Positions 1 to 9,049 of a stretch of DNA of 54,711 nt are shown here, piece after piece. Both the position numbers and the translations under genes were made by a program. The stretch spans positions 62,001 to 116,711 of IMG/VR virus record IMGVR_UViG_3300009071_002060. One strand, 5' to 3'. This stretch comes from an uncultured virus (IMG/VR IMGVR_UViG_3300009071_002060) (Duplodnaviria > Heunggongvirae > Uroviricota > Caudoviricetes). The notes beneath the pieces are model-generated. The model was not told the origin of the DNA. It ran no database searches and was given only the letters and a program-made list of their open reading frames with translations. The stretch's first letter is position 1. Each line of letters starts with the position of its first letter.

Positions 1-237
1 CAAGATCTTGTTATATCATCAAATAAACAATCAAATTTACGTTTAACAGTTGATGGAACTACACAAGTACAAAAATTACAAATGGGTACTATGACTTTTA
101 AAAGCTCTGATAAACCACCAAATTATACTGATGGTAAAGGTGCAGTAGTATTCAATGCTAACCCAAGTCTAGGTGGTCCATTGGGCTGGGTTTGTTTAGG
201 TGGAACTAACTGGGCTAACTTTGGCGTCATTGACTAA
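1..237 (+). CDS. C-terminal fragment of a hypothetical, probably structural, protein (truncated by window start)
   Basis: Frame 1 is open from base 1 to TAA at 235-237 (...VVFNANPSLGGPLGWVCLGGTNWANFGVID*). The GWVC-G-W ending resembles fibre/tailspike C-termini. Confidence 0.6.
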   Translation, partial: QDLVISSNKQSNLRLTVDGTTQVQKLQMGTMTFKSSDKPPNYTDGKGAVVFNANPSLGGPLGWVCLGGTNWANFGVID

Positions 238-261
238 GTGAGGTATTTTGGAGATTAATTA

Positions 262-1233
262 ATGAAAGAGACTGTACTTGGAAAAAATTTCGGCTTGATG
301 CTAGAAGACGTTGACTTAGTCAAGTATTCATCCGAAAATTTTGAAGAATTATATAGCAAATTTGTACACAATAAATTCTTGGTTATTCGAGGACATCGCG
401 AATTAACTGATCACGAGTTTTCAAACACGTTTACTATGTTTGGAGATGGGTTCGTTTGGGACGAGGCATTTGAACGAACTGGAGTTGGTGAAGTACATAA
501 AATCATTCATAGAGATACTCCTCCATCAGCAGGAAAAGAAAATGCCTGGCACAACGAACTTAGTTGGCAAAAAAATCCTTGTAAGGCTGTGGTAATTAAT
601 TTAAAAGTTGTTCCAGCATATGGCAGTGATACATTATGGATTGATACTAATAAAGTATGGGAAAACTTGCCGGCGCCATTGCGTCAACTTATACATAAAA
701 AATCAGCATTACATTCTCCACCAACAGAAAATTATCATACAGAAATTGTAAAAATGAAAGAGCAACAAGCCGATAAAGGTTTTGAAACAGATGCTATTCA
801 TCCAATGGTTATTCAGCATCCAGATACAGGCTTGTGGCACGTATATGTTAATCCGTTGTTTACTCAATACATCAAAGGCATGGCAAAGAAAGATAGTTAT
901 TGGGTACTTCATCAAATATACGACACATTTCATATACCTGAATTCCAGTATAGACATAGATGGCAACCAGGTGATATTATCCTATGGGACAACAGATCCA
1001 CAGTACATTATGCATGTAGTGGGTACTTTCCAAACTATCGTGAAAGCAGACGATTAATGCTCATAAGCCAAAAAGGTAAACCAGAGTGGAATACAGTTGA
1101 TCATCTTCCGTTGCCTTCTGAAGAAGAATACTTTAGAAGTAACCCAGAGTTCTACGGAGGTATAAGACGCCACCGAAATAGAAAACAATGGTTCACTAGA
1201 GATATTGAAAAATTGCTTGAACAATACGGTTGA
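262..1233 (+). CDS. TauD/TfdA family Fe(II)/2-oxoglutarate dioxygenase
   Basis: WHNELSW (HxE ligand motif), DTLWID, HPMVIQHPDTG, HRWQPGDIILWDNRSTVHYA and RRL; GGAG SD upstream. Confidence 0.9.
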   Translation: MKETVLGKNFGLMLEDVDLVKYSSENFEELYSKFVHNKFLVIRGHRELTDHEFSNTFTMFGDGFVWDEAFERTGVGEVHKIIHRDTPPSAGKENAWHNELSWQKNPCKAVVINLKVVPAYGSDTLWIDTNKVWENLPAPLRQLIHKKSALHSPPTENYHTEIVKMKEQQADKGFETDAIHPMVIQHPDTGLWHVYVNPLFTQYIKGMAKKDSYWVLHQIYDTFHIPEFQYRHRWQPGDIILWDNRSTVHYACSGYFPNYRESRRLMLISQKGKPEWNTVDHLPLPSEEEYFRSNPEFYGGIRRHRNRKQWFTRDIEKLLEQYG

Positions 1234-1258
1234 CATTATCTAATATTTGTGTTACATT
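1228..1258 (+). promoter_or_regulatory. sigma70-like promoter upstream of uvsE
   Basis: GGTTGACA followed by TGTTACATT at roughly -10 spacing, in the intergenic gap. Confidence 0.45.
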
Positions 1259-1291
1259 GTAGTTTGTATTAAGTAACATAGAGTTCACACA

Positions 1292-2326
1292 ATGTCTTTT
1301 GATCAAAGTACACATCGTGTTGGTTTTGCCTGTAAATATTTGCACCCAGACCAAACACAAAAGAAGAAACTGCTAGAAGAAATTCAGCGTCCGTTAACTG
1401 AAAAGTGTACAACAGTACAATGGCTCAATAGACAAACTGTAGATGTTGCAGAACAACGGCTGTGGGATATTATGGTTCATAACACTCAAGCAGTTTACAA
1501 TCTAGTTGAATGGGTTGGCTCACAAGAGCCAGAGCTTAGAATGGTACGTATTGGCAGTAATCAATTGCCTATGTATACACAACCAGATTGGCGTTATTTT
1601 TGGCAACAACCAGATGTTAGAGAATATGCATCTAAAGAATATGCCAAGGCAGGTGATCTTGCACGTAAACTAGATGTGCGTCTAAGTATGCACCCTGGTC
1701 AGTTTACTGTTCTTGCTAGTGATAGCCCAGATATAGTAAATAGAAGTATAGAGGAGTTTGAATACCATGCAGATATTATCAGATGGATGGGCTACGGCCA
1801 ACAATTCCAGGACTTTAAGTGCAACGTCCATATCTCGGGTCGAGCCGGTCCACAAGGCATCAGACAAGCATTACCGCGACTCTCCCCAGAAGCAAGAAAC
1901 ACAATCACGATCGAAAACGACGAAATGTCGTGGGGCCTCGAAGCATCGCTCGAACTCCAAAATGATGTCGCACTCGTACTTGACATACACCACCACTGGG
2001 TCTCTTCAGGAGAATACATACTACCCACCGACGATAGACTTCGACGTGTAAAAGATAGTTGGCGTGGTGTCCGACCTGTTATACATTATTCTTACAGTCG
2101 TAACGAGCATTTACCAGCAGATTTTGCACACGACACTAAGCCCAACATGGAGCAACTGCTAGAATCTGGTTCTAAAAAGCAGAAACTTAGAGCTCATAGC
2201 GATTACTATCCTAATCCACTTGTTAACCAATGGGCGGCTACATTCGCAGATAGCTTTGATATAATGTGCGAAAGCAAGTGTAAGAATCTTGCTAGTATGA
2301 AATTCTACAACGAATATATTAAATGA
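1292..2326 (+). CDS. uvsE: UV DNA damage repair endonuclease (UvsE/UvdE)
   Basis: GFACK, RLSMHPGQFTVLAS, TIENDE, VLDIHHHW, HYS, RAHSDY and DIMCESKCK motifs. Confidence 0.93.
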   Translation: MSFDQSTHRVGFACKYLHPDQTQKKKLLEEIQRPLTEKCTTVQWLNRQTVDVAEQRLWDIMVHNTQAVYNLVEWVGSQEPELRMVRIGSNQLPMYTQPDWRYFWQQPDVREYASKEYAKAGDLARKLDVRLSMHPGQFTVLASDSPDIVNRSIEEFEYHADIIRWMGYGQQFQDFKCNVHISGRAGPQGIRQALPRLSPEARNTITIENDEMSWGLEASLELQNDVALVLDIHHHWVSSGEYILPTDDRLRRVKDSWRGVRPVIHYSYSRNEHLPADFAHDTKPNMEQLLESGSKKQKLRAHSDYYPNPLVNQWAATFADSFDIMCESKCKNLASMKFYNEYIK

Positions 2327-2538
2327 ACAAACATTTTGAAGTCAATGGTTACGAATATTGGACTGACCTTGACGTAGAACCTGATGGCGACAATCAAAAA
2401 CTATGGCACTATTGCTTTAAGAAAGAAACCGAGATTCAAATGGGTAATGGTTTCTACAGTCATAGCCCATATAAATATATGAGTAAAGAAGAGTTTGCCA
2501 AACACATTCAAACTGTAGAAGTGTTTAATCAAGGATAA
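2323..2538 (+). CDS. hypothetical protein
   Basis: 71-aa ORF coupled to uvsE by an ATGA overlap. Confidence 0.7.
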   Translation: MNKHFEVNGYEYWTDLDVEPDGDNQKLWHYCFKKETEIQMGNGFYSHSPYKYMSKEEFAKHIQTVEVFNQG

Positions 2539-2542
2539 CAAA

Positions 2543-3031
2543 ATGATTGGAATTGCAAGTGACCACGGCGGTTTTGTCCTAAAGCAATACTTGTTAGACA
2601 AAACACTGGGTTTCTCAAAAAATGCCCTAAGCGACTTTGGTTGTTACAACCTAGACAGTGTTGACTACCCAATATATGGTCATAAGATATCCGAGTCAAT
2701 AACCAATGGAGAGATGGAACGTGGAATTATTATTTGCGGTACTGGTATTGGAATTAGCATTTCTGCTAATCGTCACCCTGGTGTAAGAGCCGCACTTTGT
2801 TACGATGTAACAACGGCTAGACTGGCACGTGAACATAACAATGCAAATGTACTAGCACTAGGTGCTCGAATGACAGCACCAGAATTAGCATTAGAAATTT
2901 TAGATGTGTTTCTTAAAACAGAATTTGAAGGTGGGCGTCATAAGAATCGTGTAGATGCTATTGAACTGCCAAACAAGAAATCATTCAGTACCCGCTGGCG
3001 ACCATACATACTTGGGAGCAGGTCCAAGTAA
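2543..3031 (+). CDS. rpiB: ribose-5-phosphate isomerase B
   Basis: IASDHGG, DYP, ICGTGIGISISANRHPGVRAA, REHNNANVLALGAR and FEGGRHKNR. Confidence 0.95.
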   Translation: MIGIASDHGGFVLKQYLLDKTLGFSKNALSDFGCYNLDSVDYPIYGHKISESITNGEMERGIIICGTGIGISISANRHPGVRAALCYDVTTARLAREHNNANVLALGARMTAPELALEILDVFLKTEFEGGRHKNRVDAIELPNKKSFSTRWRPYILGSRSK

Positions 3032-3232
3032 ACGACGAGCAACGGCTACGGTGTGTTTACATTTACCTCTAAATCCAAAGCCAGGACAACTACAATCAAA
3101 TCCTTTTGGATGTAGCTCAACTTCGTAGGTGTTACCTTTACTTCCTTCTACAGGCCACACCATACCAAGAAAACAATGATTTTCAGTGTTCATATCTTCC
3201 GGCTTGTAAAAAGTTGGTTTAAATTTAGGCAT
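2981..3232 (-). CDS. small SWIM zinc-finger protein
   Basis: VEGSKGNTYEV...CSCPGFGFRGKCKH (CxC-xn-CxH); overlaps the rpiB 3' end convergently. Confidence 0.8.
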   Translation of the reverse strand: MPKFKPTFYKPEDMNTENHCFLGMVWPVEGSKGNTYEVELHPKGFDCSCPGFGFRGKCKHTVAVARRLLGPAPKYVWSPAGTE

Positions 3233-3446
3233 TATCAGTTACCTCAAAATTTGGGTCGTTATGCAGTTTGACCCAACGTCCATCAAAACCTTTGTGGTCT
3301 CGCGGACCTTCTGTTTTATTTTCGCTACGTAGCATCATAGCACCACGGCGAATCTCTTCAACAAGCCAACGAGTACCATGCTGATGTATCCGGTTTTTGC
3401 CGTGGCGTGTTTTGCCTTTGAGCTCTATCCAGTTTCCTACTTGCAT
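3225..3446 (-). CDS. hypothetical early protein
   Basis: AAGGAG SD precedes ATG at 3446 (MQVGNWIELKGKTRHGKNRI...), directly downstream of a promoter cassette. Confidence 0.75.
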   Translation of the reverse strand: MQVGNWIELKGKTRHGKNRIHQHGTRWLVEEIRRGAMMLRSENKTEGPRDHKGFDGRWVKLHNDPNFEVTDNA

Positions 3447-3452
3447 CGTCTG

Positions 3453-3502
3453 CTCCTTAATTGTTATGTACATTATACGGCAATTTGCCCAAAAGGTCAA
3501 CC
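3453..3502 (-). promoter_or_regulatory. early promoter cassette copy 1
   Basis: Minus strand GGTTGACCTTTTGGGCAAATTGCCGTATAATGTACATAACAATTAAGGAG: TTGACC-17 bp-TATAAT plus SD. Confidence 0.85.
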
Positions 3503-3544
3503 AAAAAAAGGTGGATTTTTCTGGTAAAATCAGGCAGATTTCAG

Positions 3545-3584
3545 TTGACAACTGCTTATACATATGCTATAGTGTATGTATAAG
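3545..3584 (+). promoter_or_regulatory. sigma70-like promoter whose -10 is flanked by a 10-bp inverted repeat
   Basis: TTGACA-17 bp-TATAGT; CTTATACATA (3555-3564) and TATGTATAAG (3575-3584). Confidence 0.7.
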
Positions 3585-3611
3585 TTAACATAGCAGAGAG
3601 GGATACACGCT

Positions 3612-3800
3612 ATGACATTCCAACAACAGGTAGCCAAGTTCGTAAGCGATAACCTAGATCGTACAGCCGACCGCTATGAACAGATTTGGTCAATCAAGTC
3701 GGCACTGCTCGCACATGGTCATCAACTGCTGGCAACAGACAGAGAGACTATCGATAGTGTGCTAGATGTGCTGTTCGAAGAATACAATTTTCCAGCATAA
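3612..3800 (+). CDS. hypothetical protein
   Basis: 62-aa ORF with GAGAGGG SD, downstream of a promoter. Confidence 0.7.
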   Translation: MTFQQQVAKFVSDNLDRTADRYEQIWSIKSALLAHGHQLLATDRETIDSVLDVLFEEYNFPA

Positions 3801-3839
3801 AGAGGTTGACAAAACACTAGGATGTGCTATTATATGTGT

Positions 3840-4160
3840 ATGATAAGGAAAAAACGCACAGACAGAAACCACATTATCTACAAGATCTCCAGTGGAGAAG
3901 ACTTCTACATTGGTGTTACTGCTAAGACACAGAGCACCGAAAAGAAGTCCTTGCAGGTACGTTTTAACAAGCACGTATACCGTAGCCGTAGCGAAAACAA
4001 GGGCTGGTTGCTATACGAAGAAATGCGCCGTAAGGGTGTAGACGAATTTACTGCTGAAGTACTCGAAATAGTACGCGGAAAGACACCTGCTCACAAACGA
4101 GAACGTGAACTTATTTCAGAGTTACAACCCACTCTAAACACCGATATGCGAGGGTGTTAA
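3840..4160 (+). CDS. small GIY-YIG domain protein
   Basis: HIIYKI...FYIGVT...RFNKH...HKRERELI...LN; ATG 3840 lies about 7 nt after TATTAT of a TTGACA promoter (3806-3833). Confidence 0.8.
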   Translation: MIRKKRTDRNHIIYKISSGEDFYIGVTAKTQSTEKKSLQVRFNKHVYRSRSENKGWLLYEEMRRKGVDEFTAEVLEIVRGKTPAHKRERELISELQPTLNTDMRGC

Positions 4161-4164
4161 AAAA

Positions 4165-4212
4165 GGTTGACCTTTTGGGAAAGATGTCGTATACTACAAG
4201 AACAATAAGGAA
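4165..4212 (+). promoter_or_regulatory. early promoter cassette copy 2
   Basis: GGTTGACCTTTTGGGAAAGATGTCGTATACTACAAGAACAATAAGGAA. Confidence 0.85.
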
Positions 4213-4500
4213 ATGGAGAAACAAATGAACGCCTTAGATATTGCCCGTGAAATTAAACAAGGTACTTTTACTGCCGATGAACTTGAACTGTTAACTCAGT
4301 CATTGAGGTTTGCTCGTGCAGAAAACGGTCGTGATACCATTCGTAAACTTATGGTAGGCGACAAGGTTAAATTTAATGGTCGTAGGAACAGAGTTGTTAA
4401 AGGTACTGTTACGAAGATCAAGATCAAAAACGTTGTGGTTAAGGATGACAGCTCACATTCGAGTTGGAATGTTCCTGCCCAGATGCTTGAGTTGGCTTAA
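4213..4500 (+). CDS. hypothetical protein with an SH3-like C-terminus
   Basis: LMVGDKVKF...GTVTKIKIKNVVV...WNVP pattern; start may be the downstream ATG (MNAL). Confidence 0.7.
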   Translation: MEKQMNALDIAREIKQGTFTADELELLTQSLRFARAENGRDTIRKLMVGDKVKFNGRRNRVVKGTVTKIKIKNVVVKDDSSHSSWNVPAQMLELA

Positions 4501-4730
4501 TGATTACAGAGCAACTCACAAAGAGCTTGGAGGGTCTTGCACATGGTGCAGACCCGTCCCAAGAGCTGACGAAGCTAACCTCAGATGAGATATATAGTCT
4601 TCAGCTATTCGTCGACAATTTAAATAATCAACTTCAGGACATAAGGGAATCTGTTCTTGGTACTACGTTTGATTTGTCTTCTTCTCACCCCTTGTTAGAC
4701 GTAGGAATAAAAAGTGCAAAAGAAAAATAA
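4500..4730 (+). CDS. hypothetical protein
   Basis: Coupled TAATG start; 76 aa. Confidence 0.65.
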   Translation: MITEQLTKSLEGLAHGADPSQELTKLTSDEIYSLQLFVDNLNNQLQDIRESVLGTTFDLSSSHPLLDVGIKSAKEK

Positions 4731-4731
4731 G

Positions 4732-4902
4732 ATGGAACCAATGAAGCCTGAGAAAGCGGCCGCTAAGGCTGTTTTTGAAATGCAGATGAATACCAAAGAA
4801 GCAATTCGTTTTGTTGAACGAAGAGCTAGGGTTGATGAAAAAACTGCTAAGAAAGCGATTGAAGATGCACCAGTCTGGTACAAAAATAAAGACAAAGATT
4901 AG
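4732..4902 (+). CDS. hypothetical protein
   Basis: ATG immediately after the upstream stop (MEPMKPEKAA...). Confidence 0.6.
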   Translation: MEPMKPEKAAAKAVFEMQMNTKEAIRFVERRARVDEKTAKKAIEDAPVWYKNKDKD

Positions 4903-5137
4903 CATCGTGGCTTTAACGGCTATGTTGGCAATGGGCGGTTGCACTGCCTATCATAAGCCACAGTATAGCATGGCTGTTGAATCTGGAGTAAGTGTTGATT
5001 GTCGTAATGCTCATATTATGATTAATTATTATGCTGAGCTACTAGACAAAGAGATTAACGAACCCATTTATGCCGACGATTACAATCGTGGACTTATGCA
5101 TCAAATTACAAGAATTCGTTCAGTGTGCGGAGTATAG
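4865..5137 (+). CDS. putative lipoprotein
   Basis: Basic N-terminus, hydrophobic stretch, then MGGC lipobox-like motif. Confidence 0.55.
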   Translation: MHQSGTKIKTKISIVALTAMLAMGGCTAYHKPQYSMAVESGVSVDCRNAHIMINYYAELLDKEINEPIYADDYNRGLMHQITRIRSVCGV

Positions 5138-5140
5138 ACA

Positions 5141-5608
5141 ATGAAAGTTAAACATGTATTAGGAATGTTTGCTGTATTTGCAACTCTAACATCTGGTGCT
5201 ACGGCTACAGTAGCCAACGAAACTTGGAGAATGAATCCCGATCATCTTAATAATTTTAGGTATGATTGTAGAGTAAAAGAACAACAACTTGCCTTTTTGG
5301 CATCGCAATTACCCACACCATGGGAAGTATTTAAAGGTGATGTATTTGGCAATGGTATACTTTCACAGGTGCTTCACTTACATGCTGGCACATATAAACG
5401 ACACCGAGCAGTACGTAATCGCTCACAACAGGCTGTCGTAAAATGGATCATGCATGATATTGTTACAAACTGTGATTGGCACACAATTAGATCACCGCAA
5501 TGTATGCAAATTACTGATGAATCAGATTATGGTACTTCTGTTGCGAAACGTTGCTATGATGGGCGAAACCCACAGCCTATTATTAACAAGTGGGAAAAGG
5601 TTGACTAA
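5141..5608 (+). CDS. putative secreted Cys-containing protein
   Basis: Signal-peptide-like N-terminus (MKVKHVLGMFAVFATLTSGATA); GGAG SD. Confidence 0.65.
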   Translation: MKVKHVLGMFAVFATLTSGATATVANETWRMNPDHLNNFRYDCRVKEQQLAFLASQLPTPWEVFKGDVFGNGILSQVLHLHAGTYKRHRAVRNRSQQAVVKWIMHDIVTNCDWHTIRSPQCMQITDESDYGTSVAKRCYDGRNPQPIINKWEKVD

Positions 5609-5662
5609 TGGTAACTTCTGTGTTACTATATCAACAATGTTAAATGTTTATGGAGAAACATT

Positions 5663-6262
5663 ATGAATAAGAAGCTAGTTATTGTTCCGTTGATTGCTAC
5701 GGCGTTCCTTGGTGCCTGTTCTTCGCAGAACAAGTGGGAAGAACGTGCTGAGCGAAGGATGGAATTACGCCAGGAACGAGTTGAAAGTGCTCTCGACGAG
5801 GCTCCAGACTGGATGACTGAACTCCCTGAAAATAGTAATTCTGTAGTGTATGCGAGCGGAACTGCTTCTTCAGGAGACTTTAATATGGCAATGGGTGTAG
5901 CCAGGACAAATGCTTTTGAAGGTATTTGTATGGCGGCAGGCGGAGCCGTAAAGAGTCAGACTAAAGTGTACAGAAATGATACACAAAAGTCAACATCAAG
6001 CATGAATACTACTGCTATTAAGAGTATTTGCCCATCAGTTGATATTACTGGTGCAGAGATTGTTGAAAGCAAGATAGTGCCAGAATACGGTATGTTCAGA
6101 GCATACGTTTTGGCCGCATTGCCAATTGGTGAAGCTAACGTGTTAAAGACTACTAAAGTTAATAACCACCTTAGCAAACTTAGCATTCAATCACGATCCG
6201 CTGAGTTTAAGGAACTTGATAAAGAGTCTGATAAACTCGTAAATAGAGTTCCGGTTCAATAA
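5663..6262 (+). CDS. lipoprotein, LPP20-like
   Basis: LGAC lipobox; APDWM...YASGTASS...AMGVARTNA pattern; own TTGACT promoter near 5600. Confidence 0.7.
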   Translation: MNKKLVIVPLIATAFLGACSSQNKWEERAERRMELRQERVESALDEAPDWMTELPENSNSVVYASGTASSGDFNMAMGVARTNAFEGICMAAGGAVKSQTKVYRNDTQKSTSSMNTTAIKSICPSVDITGAEIVESKIVPEYGMFRAYVLAALPIGEANVLKTTKVNNHLSKLSIQSRSAEFKELDKESDKLVNRVPVQ

Positions 6263-6277
6263 TACCAATATATAAAC

Positions 6278-6309
6278 AAAAACGGCGCTTCACAGGCGCC
6301 GTTTTTTTT
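6278..6309 (+). terminator. intrinsic terminator (possibly bidirectional)
   Basis: AAAAACGGCGC-TTCACAG-GCGCCGTTTTTTTT. Confidence 0.85.
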
Positions 6310-6328
6310 GACTAAAAATAGAACACCT

Positions 6329-6334
6329 TAAATA
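6329..6334 (+). promoter_or_regulatory. T4-late-like TAAATA promoter giving a putative leaderless mRNA
   Basis: TAAATA-CTAAT-ATG with no SD. Confidence 0.6.
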
Positions 6335-6339
6335 CTAAT

Positions 6340-7380
6340 ATGAATATATGTTACCAACCTTGGGTAGGACTTGATATTAGTCCACAAGGAGAATACAAAC
6401 CTTGTTGCAAATACTCACATGCAATCAGTGACAACTACAACGATTATCGTAACAGTGATGAACTTAACCAATTAAAACTAGATCATCTCAACGGTAAACG
6501 TCCTGACGGTTGTGCCAGATGTTGGAAAGATGAAGATAACGGGTTACCCAGCAAAAGGCAAATGGATTACGAATATCATTTGAATTCACAGCCTCCTGAA
6601 CTTGAAAAAACGTTGTTGTTAAGTGTAGCATTTGGTAATACATGCAATCTAGCATGTCGCATATGTTCTAGTTATAGCAGTAGTCGCTGGAGCAACGAAG
6701 CAAAAAAACTTGGCGCTTTGTTTCCCAAGTTCATGCATCAGCAATTCTACAAAACAGATGAGTTTAAATCAATGTTGAATGACCTAAGTGGAGACTTGGT
6801 TCATATTGATATTCCTGGCGGAGAGCCATTTTTAACTGAAATACCAGAACATATTGAATTCTTAAAACATTTGATTGCTATTGACAATACACCAAGTCTA
6901 CATTACACAACTAACGGAACTCAATGGCCAAAAGGATTAACCAAATTATGGAACCATTTTCCAGAAGTAGATATACAACTAAGTCTTGACGGTACAGGTT
7001 CTAAATTTGAATACCAACGTTGGCCTGCTAAATGGGATATTGTATACGAGAATATTAAACAATTCCAAGAACTATCAAATAAACATCAGAATATAAGGTT
7101 AAGTGTTAGTCATTCTGTTAGCATATATAATATATTAGACTTAGACAATTTCAAAACATGGTGTGATGCAGAAGGACTACCAACACCATGGATAGGCTTG
7201 GTAACAAGACCCGAGTACTTAGATATAAAGTGTGCTCCGGAAAATTTTAAAGATAATTTGGATAATATAGACTTTGACAATTTTATAAAATATGTTAATA
7301 TACTAGACAGTTCACGAGGACAAAACTTTAAAACTACTTTTCCTGAGCTATGGAATTTAATTAACGATAGGAAGAAATGA
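6340..7380 (+). CDS. radical SAM protein with an N-terminal twitch/SPASM-like domain
   Basis: CNLACRIC (CxxxCxxC), GGEPF, YTTNG and LSLDG; N-terminal C...PCC...CARC cysteines. Confidence 0.9.
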   Translation: MNICYQPWVGLDISPQGEYKPCCKYSHAISDNYNDYRNSDELNQLKLDHLNGKRPDGCARCWKDEDNGLPSKRQMDYEYHLNSQPPELEKTLLLSVAFGNTCNLACRICSSYSSSRWSNEAKKLGALFPKFMHQQFYKTDEFKSMLNDLSGDLVHIDIPGGEPFLTEIPEHIEFLKHLIAIDNTPSLHYTTNGTQWPKGLTKLWNHFPEVDIQLSLDGTGSKFEYQRWPAKWDIVYENIKQFQELSNKHQNIRLSVSHSVSIYNILDLDNFKTWCDAEGLPTPWIGLVTRPEYLDIKCAPENFKDNLDNIDFDNFIKYVNILDSSRGQNFKTTFPELWNLINDRKK

Positions 7381-7970
7381 TGCCCAATTTAATACCCACA
7401 GTTCTTGAAAAAACAAGCGAAGGTGAACGTGCCTATGACATTTATAGCCGTTTGCTCAAAGATAGAATTGTATTACTTGATACTGAAGTAAATGAACATA
7501 GTGCAAGTTTGCTTGTTAGTCAATTTTTATTCTTAGAAGCAGATGATCCTGATAGCGATATTATGTTTTATATTAACAGTCCTGGTGGTAGTGTTACTGC
7601 TGGTATGGCTATATATGATGTTATGCAATTTGTTAAAAGTGATGTTTCAACCATTGTTATGGGACAAGCCTGTTCAATGGGTAGTCTATTAAGCACGGCT
7701 GGTGCCGCTGGAAAACGTTTTATTCTCCCACATGCAAGACACATGATTCATCAACCAAGCGGTGGTGCCAGAGGACAAGCAACAGACATGCAAATACAGG
7801 TAGAAGAGATTATAGAAATGAAACGTTATCTAACTCAAATCTACGTTGACCACAATAGCAAAGGAAAAACATTTGAAGAGTTTGCTGAAGGTATGGAAAG
7901 AGACAATTTTATGTCCGCACAACAATCAGTTGATTTTGGACTGGTAGATGAGATTCTAACCAAACGATGA
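7377..7970 (+). CDS. clpP: ATP-dependent Clp protease proteolytic subunit
   Basis: [30 protein letters not shown] (Ser), MIHQP (His) and ERD (Asp). Confidence 0.96.
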   Translation: MMPNLIPTVLEKTSEGERAYDIYSRLLKDRIVLLDTEVNEHSASLLVSQFLFLEADDPDSDIMFYINSPGGSVTAGMAIYDVMQFVKSDVSTIVMGQACSMGSLLSTAGAAGKRFILPHARHMIHQPSGGARGQATDMQIQVEEIIEMKRYLTQIYVDHNSKGKTFEEFAEGMERDNFMSAQQSVDFGLVDEILTKR

Positions 7971-8563
7971 CCTTAGAAAATAGTCTAAGTAAGAAGTTCA
8001 ATATCAAACGTCTTGAAGATTTAAAGTATGATCCTGTTCATCCTGATAGCATACACAATCCTCGACGTTTAGGTGATGACAGAGAAATATTTTTCTTATT
8101 AGAAGAAGATACAACAACGTTTGTTTTATGTGTAGCATATACTGATGTATTACCTAACACAATGGATGAAATTTTAGATACTAGTCATGTAGCTAAGAAT
8201 CCTAAGTTTGCTATTTTTTACAGTGTTTTTAAAACTCCACACATACAAAATACAGTACACAAAGGTGGTTGGTTAATACTTAGTGCGGCCAGTTATATTA
8301 AAGAAAACTATCCCACCATTGAACATTTTACTACAATGAGCCCTATACCTAGTCTCTCTAAAAAGTTTGATGCAACTGTTACAGAACAGCAAATAAATGA
8401 TTATATTATGACACGTAAAGATCCTGTCAGTTCATTTCATTTAAAGAACGGTGCTGATTTGATTAGAATTATTCCTGACGCTGATAGTACTGCAATACGT
8501 ATTAGTCAGAGCTGGGGATACATGGCCAATTACGATTATACGTCACTCGTCAATACTCTCTAA
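7967..8563 (+). CDS. compact malonyl-CoA decarboxylase-like protein (catalytic C-terminal domain only)
   Basis: PVH...[31 protein letters not shown] and QSWGYMANY follow the MCD motif order. Confidence 0.75.
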   Translation: MTLENSLSKKFNIKRLEDLKYDPVHPDSIHNPRRLGDDREIFFLLEEDTTTFVLCVAYTDVLPNTMDEILDTSHVAKNPKFAIFYSVFKTPHIQNTVHKGGWLILSAASYIKENYPTIEHFTTMSPIPSLSKKFDATVTEQQINDYIMTRKDPVSSFHLKNGADLIRIIPDADSTAIRISQSWGYMANYDYTSLVNTL

Positions 8564-8569
8564 TACAAA

Positions 8570-8597
8570 TAAATAACACTATAATCGATTTATAGTG
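8570..8597 (+). promoter_or_regulatory. TAAATA late-type promoter followed by a hairpin abutting the RBS
   Basis: TAAATA 8570-8575; CACTATAA (8577-8584)-TCGAT-TTATAGTG (8590-8597). Confidence 0.55.
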
Positions 8598-8605
8598 AGA
8601 GTAAA

Positions 8606-9049
8606 ATGTACGAGTATAAATGTAAAATTCTAAAAGTAATTGACGGCGACACCGTTGATATTGATATTGACCTAGGTTTTGACGTAGTATTAACTAACCA
8701 ACGTGTTAGAATGTTTGGAATTGATACTCCAGAATCCAGAACAAGAGATAAAGAAGAAAAGAAATTTGGACTACTAAGTAAAAAGTATGTTCTTGACAGG
8801 CTACCTAAAGGAAGTTACCAAACACTTAAAACTGAAATTGACAGAGATGGCGATGATGCAAGAGGAAAATTTGGTCGTATACTTGGTAGTTTTATGGTAT
8901 ATGATAGTGTTGATGATCGACAAAGTAGTATCAATGAAATGATGATACGAGATGGGTATGCTGTAGCATATCACGGTCAGAACAAAGATGATATACTTGC
9001 AGAGCATATGTCCAATAGAGACAAGCTAAAGGCCGCTGGCGTTATATGA
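8606..9049 (+). CDS. thermonuclease (SNase) family nuclease
   Basis: KVIDGDTVD, RVRMFGIDTPE, GKFGRILG and NEMMIRDGYA. Confidence 0.9.
   Translation: MYEYKCKILKVIDGDTVDIDIDLGFDVVLTNQRVRMFGIDTPESRTRDKEEKKFGLLSKKYVLDRLPKGSYQTLKTEIDRDGDDARGKFGRILGSFMVYDSVDDRQSSINEMMIRDGYAVAYHGQNKDDILAEHMSNRDKLKAAGVI

Noticed and set aside
3840..4160. GIY-YIG ORF as a mobile homing endonuclease or intron
   Set aside because: Only about 106 aa with no DNA-binding extension, it interrupts no gene, and no intron structure is visible.
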